Source of the DNA: Candidatus Eiseniibacteriota bacterium
GTDB taxonomy: Bacteria; Eisenbacteria; RBG-16-71-46
DNA: 64,000 nucleotides
Reading direction: 5' to 3'
Assembly (NCBI GenBank): GCA_044223005.1
Contig: JBGAML010000011.1
Span: 9,169-73,168 of the forward strand
Shown: in pieces, positions 46,973 to 56,159 of the stretch
Layout: the number at the start of each line of letters is the position of its first letter
Numbering within the stretch: position 1 is the stretch's first letter
Position numbers and translations under genes: made by a program
Notes under the pieces: generated by a model
What the model saw: only the letters and a program-made list of their open reading frames with translations
What the model was told of the DNA's origin: nothing
Databases searched by the model: none

Positions 46973-48105
46973 AGATCCTCGTGGCCGGCGGCGGCACGGG
47001 TGGGCACGTGTTCCCCGGCATCGCGGTCGCCGAGGAACTCAAGCGCACCCGGCCCGACATCGACGTGGTGTTCGTGGGCACGAAGCGCGGACTCGAGGCG
47101 CAGGCGGTGCCCGAGGCGGGCTTCAAGATCCACTTCCTCGCGGGCGCGGGCTTCTCGCGCACGCGCTGGTGGACGTGGCCGTGGGCCGCGTTCCTGAACG
47201 TGCTGGGGTTCCTGCAGGCGGTGTTCCTCGTGCTCGGCGAGAACCCCAAGGCCGTGCTCGGCACCGGCGGCTACGCGAGCGCGCCCATGGCGTACGCGGC
47301 CCGGCTCTTCGGCCGGCCGCTGATCCTGCAGGAGCAGAACAGCGTTCCCGGGCTCGCCAATCGCATGCTGTCGCGCATCGCGAGCGAGGTGCACCTGTCG
47401 TTCCTCGAGGCGCGCACGTACTTCCCGCGCCGCGACCACCTCAAGGTCACGGGCAACCCGATTCGCGCGCACATCCTGACCGGCGACAAGGCGGCGGCGC
47501 TGCGCGAGTTCAAGATGGAAGCCGGCCGCCCGACGCTGCTCGTCTTCGGCGGCAGCCTCGGCGCTGCGACCATCAACGAGGCCGCGCTCGACATGCTGCG
47601 CCGGCTCAAGGATCGCCTCGGGCTCCAGTGCCTGCTCGTCACCGGGCGCCAGGAGCACGCGAAGATCAAGCAGGTGGTCGAGCAGGAGAAGTTGCCCGCG
47701 GTGGTGCTGCCGTTCGTGCGCAAGATGCACATGGCCTACGCGGTCGCCGACCTCGTGGTCTGCCGCGCCGGCGCGATGACGCTCGCCGAGATCGCCGTCT
47801 GCGGGCTGCCCTCGGTGCTCGTGCCGTATCCGTACGCGGCGCACAACCACCAGCAGGACAACGCCGCCAACCTCGTCGACCGCGGCGCCGCGGTGCTGAT
47901 CCCCGACGGCGAGCTGAACGGCGAGCGGCTGGCGAAGGAAGTCGCGCACCTGCTCTCCGACCGCCAGGCGCTTTCGCGCATGTCCTCCAACGCGCGGCTC
48001 TTCGCGCGTCCCGACGCGGCGGCGCGCCTCGCGCGCTCGCTCGTCAGCTGGGCCGAGGGGCGCCAGGGCGCGTCCGAGGACGCCGGCGAGGGGGGAGGGC
48101 GCTGA
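46969..48105 (+). CDS. murG: Lipid II GlcNAc transferase MurG
   Basis: GGGTGGHVFP, GGYAS, EQNSVPGLAN, TGNPIR, GGSLGA, RAGAMTLAE, HQQDNA. Confidence 0.96.
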   Translation: MKILVAGGGTGGHVFPGIAVAEELKRTRPDIDVVFVGTKRGLEAQAVPEAGFKIHFLAGAGFSRTRWWTWPWAAFLNVLGFLQAVFLVLGENPKAVLGTGGYASAPMAYAARLFGRPLILQEQNSVPGLANRMLSRIASEVHLSFLEARTYFPRRDHLKVTGNPIRAHILTGDKAAALREFKMEAGRPTLLVFGGSLGAATINEAALDMLRRLKDRLGLQCLLVTGRQEHAKIKQVVEQEKLPAVVLPFVRKMHMAYAVADLVVCRAGAMTLAEIAVCGLPSVLVPYPYAAHNHQQDNAANLVDRGAAVLIPDGELNGERLAKEVAHLLSDRQALSRMSSNARLFARPDAAARLARSLVSWAEGRQGASEDAGEGGGR

Positions 48106-48106
48106 C

Positions 48107-49504
48107 GTGTACGGGCACACCCACCGGATCCACTTCATCGGCATCGGCGGCAGCGGCATGTCCGGGCTCGCCGAGGTGCTGCTCAACATGGGCTACCAGG
48201 TCACCGGCAGCGACCTCAAGGCGTCCGACGTCACCGAGCGGCTGATCCAGCTGGGCGGCCGCGTCTTCACCGGGCACTCCGCGCCCAACGTGGAGGGCGC
48301 GCAGGTGGTCGTCTACTCGTCGGCCGTGCGGCCCGACAATCCCGAGCTCACCGCGGCGCGCGAGAGCGGCGTGCCGGTGATCGCGCGCGCGGACATGCTC
48401 GCCGAGCTGATGCGCATGAAGTACGGCGTGGCGGTCGGCGGCTCGCACGGCAAGACGACGACCACGTCCATGGTCGCGGCGGTGCTGAGCCGCGGCGGGC
48501 TCGACCCGACGATCGTGGTCGGGGGGCGGCTGCGGGCGCTGGGCGCCAACGCCAAGCTCGGGCACGGGCGGTTCCTCGTGGCCGAGGCGGACGAGAGCGA
48601 CGGGTCGTTCCTGCGCCTGGCGCCGGCCGTGACGGTGATCACGAACATCGACCGCGAGCACCTGGACCACTACGCCGACCTGCGCGAGGTGAAGCAGGCC
48701 TTCGTCTACTTCGCGAACCGTGTGCCGTTCTACGGCGTCACGGTGCTGTGCGTGGACGACGAGCACGTGCGGACGATCCTGCCGCTCGTCACCAAGCGCA
48801 CGCTCACGTACGGCACACGCGACGAGGCCGAGGTACGCGCCGAGGCGATCGAGCTGCTGCCGCACGGCAGCCGCTTCAACGTCCGCGCCGACGGGCGCTC
48901 GCTCGGGACCATCACGCTGCAGGTGCCGGGTCACCACAACGTCCTCAACGCGCTGGCTGCGGTCGCGGTCGGGCTCGAGCTCGAAGTCGGCTTCGGCCAC
49001 ATCGCCGAGGCGATGACCGAGTTCCGCGGCGTCGGCCGCCGGTTCGAGACGCGCGCCGAGGTGAACGGCGTGCGCGTGATCGACGACTACGGCCACCACC
49101 CGACCGAGATCGCCGCCACCCTCGCCGCCGCGAAGCAGCTCGGCGGCCGCGTGCTCGTGATCTTCCAGCCGCACCGCTACTCGCGCACGGCCGCGCTCCG
49201 CGAGGAGTTCGGTCGCTGCTTCGGCGACGCCGACCACGTCTGGGTGATGGACGTCTACGCCGCGGGCGAGACGCCGATCGAGGGCATCTCCGGCCGCACG
49301 GTCGTCGACGCCGCGCGCGCCCATGGCGCGGGCCACGTCGCCTTCACGCCGAGCGCGGCCGAAGCGGCGGCGGCGGCCGTATCGGCGGCGCGCCCGGGGG
49401 ACACGCTCCTCACGCTCGGCGCCGGCGACGTCAGCAAGCTGGCCGACGACCTCGTGCGCCGTCTCGGCGCGGCGCCGGCGGTGGCCGGAGGGCCGGGGGC
49501 GTGA
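48107..49504 (+). CDS. murC: UDP-MurNAc:L-Ala ligase MurC
   Basis: HFIGIGGSGMSG, GSHGKTTTT, EADESDGSF, DDYGHHPTEI, FQPHRYSRT, LGAGD. Confidence 0.97.
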   Translation: MYGHTHRIHFIGIGGSGMSGLAEVLLNMGYQVTGSDLKASDVTERLIQLGGRVFTGHSAPNVEGAQVVVYSSAVRPDNPELTAARESGVPVIARADMLAELMRMKYGVAVGGSHGKTTTTSMVAAVLSRGGLDPTIVVGGRLRALGANAKLGHGRFLVAEADESDGSFLRLAPAVTVITNIDREHLDHYADLREVKQAFVYFANRVPFYGVTVLCVDDEHVRTILPLVTKRTLTYGTRDEAEVRAEAIELLPHGSRFNVRADGRSLGTITLQVPGHHNVLNALAAVAVGLELEVGFGHIAEAMTEFRGVGRRFETRAEVNGVRVIDDYGHHPTEIAATLAAAKQLGGRVLVIFQPHRYSRTAALREEFGRCFGDADHVWVMDVYAAGETPIEGISGRTVVDAARAHGAGHVAFTPSAAEAAAAAVSAARPGDTLLTLGAGDVSKLADDLVRRLGAAPAVAGGPGA

Positions 49505-50355
49505 GCCACTACCAGGGCCGGGCGCTCGCGCGCGGCGGCACGCCGCGCGTGCGCGGCGGAGGCGGCGCGGGCGCCGGCGGCGACGGCCGGCTCCTGCGCC
49601 GGGCCGGGCTCGTGCTCGGGGCGCTGCTCGCGATCGGCCTCGTGGCCATGCTGCCATGGCGAGAGCTGCGCAAGCGCTACGCCATCCTCACCGACGTGCG
49701 CGTCTCGGGACTGCGCTACCTCGACGCCGACCGGGTCCGGCACGACGCCGCGCTCGCGGAAGGTCAGGACCTGCTCGGCATCGACCTCGCGCGAGTCCGC
49801 CAGCGCGTCCTCATGGATCCTCGCATCGAGCGGGCCGAGGTGCACCGCCGCGGCCTGCGCGGCCTCGACCTGCACATCGTCGAGCGCGTGCCCGCGCTCG
49901 CGGTCGCGCACGGCGAGCCGTGGGAGATCGACACCTCCGGCGTGTTGCTGGAACCGCTGCAGGCGGGCGTCGTCGCCGACGTGCCCATGCTCACCGGCGT
50001 CGACCTCTCGGCCTGCCGCCCGGGCGCGCAATTGCGGACGCCGCCGGTGCAGAGAGGACTCGCATGGGCGGCCGTTTTGGGCGACAATGCGCTCCGGCTC
50101 GCGGGCCAGGTCTCGGAGGTGGACGTCGCGCAAGAGCGCACCACCCGGCTCGTGCTGATGAACGGCATCCGCGTGATCGGTCCGGCGTGGCCGGTGAGCA
50201 CGCGGCAGCTGTCGGGCCTGCGTGCCACGCTCGCCGACCTCGAGAAGAAGGGCATGAAGCCCTTCGAGGTCGACGTGCGTTTTCCGGACCAGATCATCGT
50301 GCGCGACGCGCAACCGGTGGCCGTGCTCACGGCGCCGGGAGCGAGCACGAGCTAG
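49501..50355 (+). CDS. ftsQ: Cell division protein FtsQ/DivIB
   Basis: Single TM, POTRA domain (V.VSG..YL...PRIERAEV.R...IVER.P), C-terminal VDVRFPDQIIV; directly before ftsA. Confidence 0.88.
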   Translation: MSHYQGRALARGGTPRVRGGGGAGAGGDGRLLRRAGLVLGALLAIGLVAMLPWRELRKRYAILTDVRVSGLRYLDADRVRHDAALAEGQDLLGIDLARVRQRVLMDPRIERAEVHRRGLRGLDLHIVERVPALAVAHGEPWEIDTSGVLLEPLQAGVVADVPMLTGVDLSACRPGAQLRTPPVQRGLAWAAVLGDNALRLAGQVSEVDVAQERTTRLVLMNGIRVIGPAWPVSTRQLSGLRATLADLEKKGMKPFEVDVRFPDQIIVRDAQPVAVLTAPGASTS

Positions 50356-50389
50356 CGAGCGGCCTCGACACCACGCGGGAGGGAACCCC

Positions 50390-51631
50390 ATGGCCCAGGC
50401 GACACGGACGTTCGTCGGACTCGACATCGGAACCACCAAGATCTGCTGCATCATCGCCGACCAGGGCCCGGCCGGTGAGGTGCGGGTGGTCGGTGTCGGC
50501 AACGCCCCGAGCGAGGGGCTCCGCCGCGGCGTCGTCGTGGACCTCGACAAGACCGTCGCCAGCATCACGCGCGCCGTCGAGGAAGCCGAGCGCATGGCCG
50601 GCATCGAAGTGAAGGGCGTCTACGCGGGCATCGCGGGCGACCACATCCGCAGCATCAACTCGCGCGGCGTGATCGCGGTGGCGCGCAAGAACAACGAGAT
50701 CGCGGACGCCGACGTCGAGCGCGTGGTCGAGGCGGCCAAGGCGATCGCGATCCCGATGGACCGCGAGATCATCCACGTGATCCCGCAGGAGTTCATCGTC
50801 GACGACCAGGACGGCATCAAGGACCCGGTCGGCATGAGCGGTGTCCGGCTCGAGGCCGAGGTCCACATCATCACCGGTGCGGTGACGAGCGCGAAGAACA
50901 TCTGCCGCGCGATCCAGCGCGCCGAGCTCAAGGTCTTCGACCTCGTGCTCGAGCCGCTCGCCTCCGCGACGGCCGTGCTCGACGACGACGAACGCGACCT
51001 GGGCGTGGTGCTGCTCGACCTGGGCGGCGGCACGACGGACGTGGCGATCTACCACGAGGGTTCGATTCGCCACACCGCGATCATCCCGTTCGGCGGCGCC
51101 AACGTGACGAGCGACATCGCCATCGGCCTGCGCACCCCGATCGACAAGGCCGAGGCGATCAAGATCCAGTTCGGCTCCGCGCTCGCCTCGCGCGTCGGCG
51201 CCGACGAGACGCTGGGCGTCTCGGGCGTGGGCGGCCGCGCGGACCGCGAGATCTCGCGCCACGTGCTCGCCTCCATGATCGAGCCGCGGCTCGAGGAGAT
51301 CTTCGCGCTCGCCAACAAGGAAGTCCGCAAGAACCACTTCGCCGAGCTGCTGGGTGGCGGCGTGGTGCTGACCGGCGGCACGTCGCTCATGCCGGGGATC
51401 GTGGAACTGGCCGAGCAGGTGTTCGAGATGCCGGTGCGGCTCGGCGTGCCGCGCGGCCTCGGCGGTCTCGGCGCCAGCGTCGCCGATCCGCGCTTCTCGA
51501 CCGGCGTCGGCCTCGTGCTGCAGGCGGCCCGCCCCGAGGGCGGGCAAGGCTCGTTCGCGGAGAACGGCAAGGCGGCGCCCGGTGCGCGGCCACGGTTCGA
51601 TCTCTGGAACTGGTTCGCGAGCCGTTTCTAG
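50390..51631 (+). CDS. ftsA: Cell division protein FtsA
   Basis: GLDIGTTK, GLRRGVVV, PVGMSGVRLE, DLGGGTTD, GVVLTGG, C-terminal amphipathic LWNWFASRF. Confidence 0.97.
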   Translation: MAQATRTFVGLDIGTTKICCIIADQGPAGEVRVVGVGNAPSEGLRRGVVVDLDKTVASITRAVEEAERMAGIEVKGVYAGIAGDHIRSINSRGVIAVARKNNEIADADVERVVEAAKAIAIPMDREIIHVIPQEFIVDDQDGIKDPVGMSGVRLEAEVHIITGAVTSAKNICRAIQRAELKVFDLVLEPLASATAVLDDDERDLGVVLLDLGGGTTDVAIYHEGSIRHTAIIPFGGANVTSDIAIGLRTPIDKAEAIKIQFGSALASRVGADETLGVSGVGGRADREISRHVLASMIEPRLEEIFALANKEVRKNHFAELLGGGVVLTGGTSLMPGIVELAEQVFEMPVRLGVPRGLGGLGASVADPRFSTGVGLVLQAARPEGGQGSFAENGKAAPGARPRFDLWNWFASRF

Positions 51632-51711
51632 TGTAGAAGTACCCGCATCGGTAACCCGCCGGGGTCGAGCGGCCAGGATGGCCGCGGAAAGCCGGCACAA
51701 GGAGAGTGCCC

Positions 51712-52860
51712 ATGTCCATGTTCGAGCTCGAGATCGATCGTACGGCTCCGGCGCGGCTGAAGGTCATCGGTGTCGGTGGTGCGGGTGGCAACGCCATCAA
51801 TCGCATGATCGGCGCCGGCCTGCGCGGCGTGGAGTTCATCGCCGCCAACACCGACCTCCAGGCCCTCGGCCAGTCCCTCGCGCCCACGCGCATCCAGATC
51901 GGCATCCAGTCGGCGCACGGTCTCGGCGCGGGGGGTGATCCCTCGCAGGGCCGCAAGTCGGCGGAGGAGGACGAGCAGGCGATCGCGGACGCCATCGGCG
52001 AGGCCGACATGGTGTTCGTCACGGCCGGCATGGGCGGCGGCACCGGCACGGGCGCCGCGCCCGTGATCGCGCGCCTCGCGCGCCAGGCCGGCGCGCTCAC
52101 CGTGGGCGTGGTCACCAAGCCGTTCGTGTTCGAGGGCCGGCGCCGCATGCGCCAGGCCGACGAGGGCCTCGAGGAGCTGCGCGCCGAGGTCGACACTCTG
52201 CTCGTGATCCCGAACGAGCGGCTGCTGTCGGTCGTCGAGCGCGGGACGCCGCTGTCGGAGGCGTTCGGCATCGCGGACGACGTGCTGCTCAAGGCCACCA
52301 AGGGCATCGCCGACCTGGTCACGATCCCCGGCCTCGTCAATGTCGACTTCGCCGACGTCAAGAGCATCATGGCCTCGCGCGGCAACGCGCTCATGGGCAC
52401 CGGCCGCGCAACGGGCGAGAACCGCGCCGTCGAAGCCGCCAACCGCGCCGTCTCGAGCCCGCTGCTCGAGGACGTGTCGATCCACGGCGCCGAGGGCGTG
52501 CTGCTCAACATCACCGGCGGCCGCGACTTGAGCCTGCACGAGGTCAACGAAGCGTCGCAGGTCGTGACGCAGGCCGCGGGCGAGGACGCCAACATCATCT
52601 TCGGTGCGGTGATCGATCCGTCGCTCGACGGCGAGGTCATGGTGACCGTCGTCGCGACCGGCTTCGGGCAGGCGGTGCCGAACCTGCGCGTCGTCGACCG
52701 CGAGCGTTCCGCGCGCAAGGCGGCGGTCAACGACGAGGACATGGGCAACCTGGAGGTGCCGGCGTGGCGCCGCCGCGAGCAGCGTCCCCAGTGGGGCCGC
52801 ACCGATTCGCGCGGCGAGTCGCTCGAGGTGCCGACGTTCCTCCGTCGCCAGATGGACTGA
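51712..52860 (+). CDS. ftsZ: Cell division protein FtsZ
   Basis: [36 protein letters not shown]-terminal [13 protein letters not shown] after AAGGAG. Confidence 0.98.
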   Translation: MSMFELEIDRTAPARLKVIGVGGAGGNAINRMIGAGLRGVEFIAANTDLQALGQSLAPTRIQIGIQSAHGLGAGGDPSQGRKSAEEDEQAIADAIGEADMVFVTAGMGGGTGTGAAPVIARLARQAGALTVGVVTKPFVFEGRRRMRQADEGLEELRAEVDTLLVIPNERLLSVVERGTPLSEAFGIADDVLLKATKGIADLVTIPGLVNVDFADVKSIMASRGNALMGTGRATGENRAVEAANRAVSSPLLEDVSIHGAEGVLLNITGGRDLSLHEVNEASQVVTQAAGEDANIIFGAVIDPSLDGEVMVTVVATGFGQAVPNLRVVDRERSARKAAVNDEDMGNLEVPAWRRREQRPQWGRTDSRGESLEVPTFLRRQMD

Positions 52861-52865
52861 ACGAA

Positions 52866-54515
52866 ATGAAGTTCCTGGCGTCGCTCGTGAAGTGGGGGCA
52901 TACCCGCGGCTACAACGCGGGAATCCTCCACTTCAACCGCGGCGAGTTCGCGCGCGCGGCCGAGTGCTTCGAGGAGGTCCTGGGCGAGAACCGGGACCCC
53001 GACGATCCGGATCACTGCCTCGCGCTGGTGCATGCGGCCGAAGCGCGCGCCAACCTCGGGCTGGCGTTCTTCCACGCGGGTGAGTTCGCCCGCGCCGAAG
53101 CCGAGTTCGACAGGGCACTCGAGGAGAACCCGACCTTCCCGGACCTGCGCTACTACCGCGCGCGCATCTACGAGCGCTCGGGGCGGCTCGCGGAGGCGGT
53201 CGCGGACCTGGAGCAGGCGCTCGCGGAGCACCCGCACTACCTCGAAGGCCACCTGCTGCTCGCGGTCTGCCTCGGCCTGCAGGGCGAGCGCGAGCGGTCG
53301 ACGGCCGAGCTGGGCGAGGCCCTCTCGCTCGGGCTCGAGGCGCCGGAGTGGGTGACGCCGGCCGTCGCGCGCGAGTGGACCGGCGAGCAGTGGCGCCGGC
53401 TCCTGCCCGGAGGCGAGGCGCGGCCGCTCGGCAACGGCGCGCGGCCGCTCGATCGCGCGCTGGCGCACCACCAGGCCGGCGACCTCGCCGGCGCGGTGGC
53501 CGAGCTCAAACGCGCGGTGGAGGAGAAGCCGGCGTACGCCGACCTGCGCTGCCGGCTCGCGGGGCTGCTGCTCGAGGGCGGGCGCGCCGACGAGGCGATG
53601 GACCAGCTCAAGGTCGCGCTCGAGCTGAACCCGCGCTACCTCGAGGCGCGGCTGCTCGCCGCGCGCACCGAGCTGGAGCGCGGCCACGCGGGCGCGGCGT
53701 GCGAGCACGTCGAAGCGGCGATCGAGGCCAACCCGGACTATCCCGACCTGCACTTCTGGCTCGGGCTCGCGCGCTTCCGCGCCGGCGACCTCGCCGCGGC
53801 CGTGTCGCCGCTCGAGCGCGCCGTGGAGCTGAACCGCCAGTTCGCGCGCGCGCAGCGGCTGCTCGGGCTCGTCTACCACGCGCTCGGCCGCTACGACGAC
53901 GCCCTGCGTGCGGTGCGCCGCGGGCTCTCGCGCGATCGCGAGGTGCCGCAGACGTCGCTGGCGATCGCGCAGCTGCTCTACGATACGGGCGACTACGACG
54001 GCGCCGAGGCCGCGCTCCTGCGCGCGCTGGCGGTCAACGCGTCGTACCCCGACCTGCACCTGCTCCTCGGCCGGCTGCGCCGGGCGCAGAACCGGCTCGA
54101 GGAATCCGCCGCGGCCTACGCGCGCGCGCTGGAGCTCAAGCCCGAGTACGGCGCCGCCGCGCTCGAGCGCGGGAGCGTGCTCATGGAGATGGGCCGGCTG
54201 CCGCAGGCGGACCATGTGCTCGCGGAGCTCGCGGCGCGCCGTCCCGGCTGGGCGGATGCGCACGCGCTGCTCGGCCGCACGCGGCTCATGGCGGGGGATG
54301 CGCCCGCGGCCGAGGCGCCGTTGCGCCGGGCGCTGGAGATCAACCCGGGCTTCGCCGCCGCGCGTGCCGACCTCGGCTGGGCGCTGCTGCTTCAGGGGCG
54401 CGCGAACGAGGCCGACCGCGAGTTCGCCGAGTCGCTCGAGATGGACCCCCTGAACGCCCTGCCGCGCCAGCAGCTCGAGTGGCGCGAACTCCTGGTCACC
54501 GCCCGCGAGAACTGA
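52866..54515 (+). CDS. Tetratricopeptide-repeat protein
   Basis: More than 10 TPR-like repeats (A...NP.YPDL...LG, ALELNP.Y.EA); starts 5 nt after ftsZ. Confidence 0.88.
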   Translation: MKFLASLVKWGHTRGYNAGILHFNRGEFARAAECFEEVLGENRDPDDPDHCLALVHAAEARANLGLAFFHAGEFARAEAEFDRALEENPTFPDLRYYRARIYERSGRLAEAVADLEQALAEHPHYLEGHLLLAVCLGLQGERERSTAELGEALSLGLEAPEWVTPAVAREWTGEQWRRLLPGGEARPLGNGARPLDRALAHHQAGDLAGAVAELKRAVEEKPAYADLRCRLAGLLLEGGRADEAMDQLKVALELNPRYLEARLLAARTELERGHAGAACEHVEAAIEANPDYPDLHFWLGLARFRAGDLAAAVSPLERAVELNRQFARAQRLLGLVYHALGRYDDALRAVRRGLSRDREVPQTSLAIAQLLYDTGDYDGAEAALLRALAVNASYPDLHLLLGRLRRAQNRLEESAAAYARALELKPEYGAAALERGSVLMEMGRLPQADHVLAELAARRPGWADAHALLGRTRLMAGDAPAAEAPLRRALEINPGFAAARADLGWALLLQGRANEADREFAESLEMDPLNALPRQQLEWRELLVTAREN

Positions 54516-54542
54516 CCCGGCGGCCCCGGCAGGGAGAGACAC

Positions 54543-54577
54543 CGCGGCCCGGCCACCCCGAGGGGTGCCGGGCCGCG
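54543..54577. terminator. Hairpin between the convergent TPR gene and rpmB
   Basis: CGCGGCCCGG-C-CACCCC-GA-GGGGTG-CCGGGCCGCG, 16-bp stem with one bulge; no clear U-tract. Confidence 0.5.
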
Positions 54578-54599
54578 AACGTTTCGCGCGAAGGGCGTG

Positions 54600-54818
54600 T
54601 CAGACGGCGGTGTGCGCGGACTTGCGACCGCGGACGGCCTTCTCGACCTTGCCGCTGCGCAGGCAGCGGGTGCACACGACCACCTTCTGGGCGCGGCCGT
54701 CGACCAGCGCGCGCACGCTCTGCAGGTTCGGCTTGAAGGTGCGCTTGGTCACGTTGTTGGCGTGGCTGACGTTCTGGCCAGCCATGCGCAGCTTGCCGCA
54801 CACGGAGCACTTCGCCAT
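54600..54818 (-). CDS. rpmB: 50S ribosomal protein L28 (zinc-binding C+ form)
   Basis: MAKCSVCGK...[20 protein letters not shown]...[17 protein letters not shown]. Confidence 0.96.
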   Translation of the reverse strand: MAKCSVCGKLRMAGQNVSHANNVTKRTFKPNLQSVRALVDGRAQKVVVCTRCLRSGKVEKAVRGRKSAHTAV

Positions 54819-54918
54819 GGGTCTCTCCTGAAAGGGTGAAGCAGCGCTCGTCGGCTCGCCACACGGGCGGGGCCGGGCGCAGCCGGAGCGCCTGGATCAG
54901 TTGCGAAAAGGCCCGGGA

Positions 54919-54947
54919 ACTATACGCGAGGGCCCCGGGGGGCGCAA
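54919..54947 (-). promoter_or_regulatory. Sigma70 promoter of rpmB
   Basis: Minus strand TTGCGC, 17 nt, TATAGT, about 100 nt upstream of rpmB. Confidence 0.65.
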
Positions 54948-55046
54948 GCGGGCCGGGCCGCGGAGCTTGCCGCCCCGCGGCCCGCCGCCGCAGGTCCTCC
55001 CGGCGCCCCGGAAGGCCCGTGGGGCGCTCCCGGGGCCCGGCGCGAT

Positions 55047-55880
55047 TCAGACCTCGAGCAGCTCGCCGGGCACCGTGCCGGCCCGCTCACGGGCCGGCTC
55101 GGGCTTGCGCGCGAGGGCGGGTGGGTTCGAGCCACGGGGGGACCCGGGGCGCGGCGTCGCCACGAACATGACCGAGAAGCTGAACGGCTCGGGCACGAGC
55201 GCTCCCGGCGAGCGGCGTTGCTTCACGATCTGCATGTTGTGCCGGATCGTGTGCGAGAGCCAGCGCCAGTCGAAGCCCGCGTGGCCGGTGCCGTGCGGCG
55301 GCACGCGGTCCAGCTGGTAGAGCCCGGCCCAGAACACCTCGCGCCACGGGCGGTTCTTCGCGCGGCCGTAGCGCATGAGCCACGAGCCGCCGTTCTTGAT
55401 CCAGATCGCCGGGCCGACCTCGATCGGCACCGACGCGACGAACAGCCGCGGCGAGAGCGCGGCGATGTTCTCGACGATGCGAACGACGTCGTGCTCGGGG
55501 ATGTGCTCGAGCGTCTCGAGCGCGCAGACCATGTGCGGCTGCCCGAGTTCGCTCCAGAGCGCCGGGTCGGCGGCCGAGCGGTTCAGCACGCGGAAGTTCG
55601 CGCGGGGGCCGTAGCGCTCGCGCGCGAGCGCGCAGAACTCGGGGTTGATCTCGACGCCCGTGTACTCGATCGGCGCGCGCGCGTCGAGCACCTCGTAGAG
55701 CCGCGCCATCGCGCACCCGATCTCGACGATCCGCAGCGGCCGTTCGTCGGTCATGCGCTGCAGCAGCTCGAGATTGCGGAGCATGCTCTTGTAGCGGAAG
55801 GAGTGCAGCCAGCGGGTGATCGAGTTGTACTGCTGGTTCCGCTCGTAGGCGGTCTCGTTCGCGTAGCGGGTGTGGCGCAT
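55047..55880 (-). CDS. Class I SAM-dependent methyltransferase
   Basis: IVEIGCA motif I, YTGVEINP, ALETLEHIP, SVPIEVG; GGGAG RBS before ATG at 55880. Confidence 0.82.
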   Translation of the reverse strand: MRHTRYANETAYERNQQYNSITRWLHSFRYKSMLRNLELLQRMTDERPLRIVEIGCAMARLYEVLDARAPIEYTGVEINPEFCALARERYGPRANFRVLNRSAADPALWSELGQPHMVCALETLEHIPEHDVVRIVENIAALSPRLFVASVPIEVGPAIWIKNGGSWLMRYGRAKNRPWREVFWAGLYQLDRVPPHGTGHAGFDWRWLSHTIRHNMQIVKQRRSPGALVPEPFSFSVMFVATPRPGSPRGSNPPALARKPEPARERAGTVPGELLEV

Positions 55881-56124
55881 CGCACGCTCCCTCGCCCGCG
55901 CGGCAGGATGGGGGCCGTGGGTGCGCATCGATCGTTGGGCCGGGGTGCGCGCGGTCGCGTTCGGCTCGCGGGGAGCGGGGGGCGCGTGGGCGAGACGTGC
56001 CGTGGGACGACACCCCACGGACGGAGATTTGGCCGGCGGCGTTCGCCGGACGCCTCCATCTTCCGCCTCCGGCGCGTCCGGGGCCAAGCGGGATTTCGCG
56101 CCCCCGGGCGGGGCCGGGGCCCCG

Positions 56125-56153
56125 GTGACAAGCCGCGCCGCCCCCCGTAATCT
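56125..56153 (+). promoter_or_regulatory. Putative recG promoter producing a leaderless mRNA
   Basis: GTGACA, 17 nt, TAATCT; ATG begins 7 nt after the -10; no SD. Confidence 0.6.
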
Positions 56154-56159
56154 CGCGCC

